Shown here piece after piece: positions 62,601 through 64,000 of a DNA stretch of 64,000 nucleotides. The stretch is from Zancudomyces culisetae HAW-14-8 (Eukaryota > Fungi > Kickxellomycota): positions 930,001 through 994,000 of the forward strand of contig JBNJNM010000008.1 in the NCBI GenBank assembly GCA_052426225.1, in the 5' to 3' direction. Position 1 is the stretch's first letter. The number at the start of each line of letters is the position of its first letter. A program made the position numbers and the translations under genes. Below the pieces are notes generated by a model, which saw only the letters and a list, made by a program, of their open reading frames with translations, ran no database searches and had not been told where the DNA came from.

Positions 62601-64000
62601 CTGTCCATGATCGTGAGTGTAGCGGCAAATGTATAATTTCCTATCTGTATTGGCACCTCCTTAATCGTGCCCAACGGAGCATGCCGCTTTCCGTCAGCCG
62701 TTACTATGACCTGCCCATCAGTGCTTTCGGCTACTAGTCCTCATCTATAAGCCAACCTGGGGGTGGCCACGGAGCATGCAGCTCCAGTGTCAACAATTGC
62801 CCAGATCTTTTGACTGAAGACTCTCACCTCAACCTTGCAACTTGTGGTTCTTTCTGATTTTACCTGTAATTCATTAAGCTCAGTCTTGCGTACTTTCTTA
62901 ACCATCTGTCCCATATCTTGTGATAAGTGTGGTGCGGCTTGTATAAGCTGGGGTAAGCTGATATGCGGGTAGTAGTTCATAAGATCCGCAGTTAAATTAA
63001 ATGGCTCCACACCCTCTGTTATCTTTGGTATGAGTTTGTTCCTTTGCTTTGACCCCTCTGTGCTTATAGCCACCTTTTCAGTACTAAACTGGTTTCCTGT
63101 TGTAACATTCACGCCCGCCGGCTCCACTTTCATATCCTCTACTTCCTGTCCATGCACAACTGGTACAGGTTTAACTTGCATCGGCTTCCTGCCACTAATG
63201 GTACCATTGTACGCATACGGCTTTGAACTATCTCTACCTTTGCTGCCTCGGTTCACTGCAAATAACTCCGTGTCTTCTATCTCTGGCGTTTTTATCTCCA
63301 TGTAGTTGACACTACTGTCTTTCCTTTTGTCTCTGTTTGGGCATTCTGGTGACTTATGTCCTTCTTGCCCACACGTGAAACACTTGATTGGTCCTCTGGT
63401 AAAGTTCTGAATTCGTGGACGGCGACTCTCTCGTAATCTGTTCTCTACCATCTCATCCACTTTTGTCAACAGATTAACACTCCACTCCTCCATTTTCTTC
63501 AGCATCACCTCATATCCTAAGTTCTCCTGCGTCATGTCACTTATTGGTCTGCCTGAATGAGGTAGCTGAATGCGCGGTTTTGTCTGCTTCTGTATGATAT
63601 CTTTTTCTACCAAAACCGTTTTTTTCTGTCCAGCATGCTGTTGCTCGTCTTTGCTCAGTAACTCCACAATGTTTGACCAACTTTCCATACCTGAATCCCT
63701 AACTCTTACTCTGTTTTCAGCTGTCAGCGTGCTGAGTAACCAGTTAGTTTTCTGGCTCTCCTCTGTAATTTTTGCTTTTTCCAACACCTCCTCCAACTCG
63801 TACTCTAGCTCCTCTATCGACTCAAAATCCTCTTGACGCAATGATTTCAACTTTTCTACGTACTTCAAACTCTGATCTTTTGGCCCAAACTTTGTAACAA
63901 ACAGTTTTGTGAATTCTTCCCAGGTGGTGAAGTTTGCCTTACATTTCTTGTACCATATTGCCTCACGTTTGCCCAAATATAGCTGCACAAAATCGATCCA
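59675..64000 (-). pseudogene. Element B gag-pol, one reading frame interrupted by an in-frame TGA at 62741-62743 inside the protease
   Basis: CFTCGQEGHKSPEC, VDTGA...LAYR*GLVAE...TADG, FIDD, TDAS, HHCC, DDE, GPY. ORFs 62741-63988 and 59675-62674 are in the same frame. Confidence 0.85.

Larger units (their letters stand above)
59260..64000 (-). mobile_element. Second Ty3/gypsy LTR retrotransposon (element B, different family); its 5' part lies beyond the window
   Basis: gag-pol ORFs, PPT and a putative 3' LTR unrelated to the element A LTR. Confidence 0.93.

Noticed and set aside
1-64000. CRISPR arrays, rRNA genes or prokaryotic operons
   Set aside because: None seen; the sequence is eukaryotic with spliceosomal introns, and the repeats are microsatellites or LTRs.

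Overview
Eukaryotic, AT-rich, intron-containing fungal genomic DNA. Gene content and style suggest an early-diverging fungus such as Zoopagomycota/Harpellales, but this is inference only. About 1-50 kb is a compact array of housekeeping genes: FIG4, an OPT transporter, RPN13/ADRM1, a TM-RING protein, an orphan of ~2000 aa, a VPS10 with three Vps10 domains, TSC13, mitochondrial bL19, two Ctr-type metal transporters, a cysteine synthase-like gene, COG5, PUF6 and DNA2. After a ~2.7 kb AT-rich gap come tRNA-Ala(AGC) and tRNA-Lys(CTT), separated by only 2 nt. Two different Ty3/gypsy LTR retrotransposons are stacked head-to-tail 8 bp upstream of the tRNA-Ala, and both appear to have integrated at the same nucleotide (GTCT target). 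They share an integrase C-terminal peptide. This looks like a position-specific, tRNA-gene-targeting retrotransposon system and is the most notable feature. Other oddities: PUF6 and DNA2 coding sequences overlap by 29 nt, PUF6 has an apparent +1 frameshift, DNA2 has an EEASQ Walker B, and there are 12- and 19-nt microexons. All exon models were derived by hand from GT-AG sites and phase, without RNA evidence.
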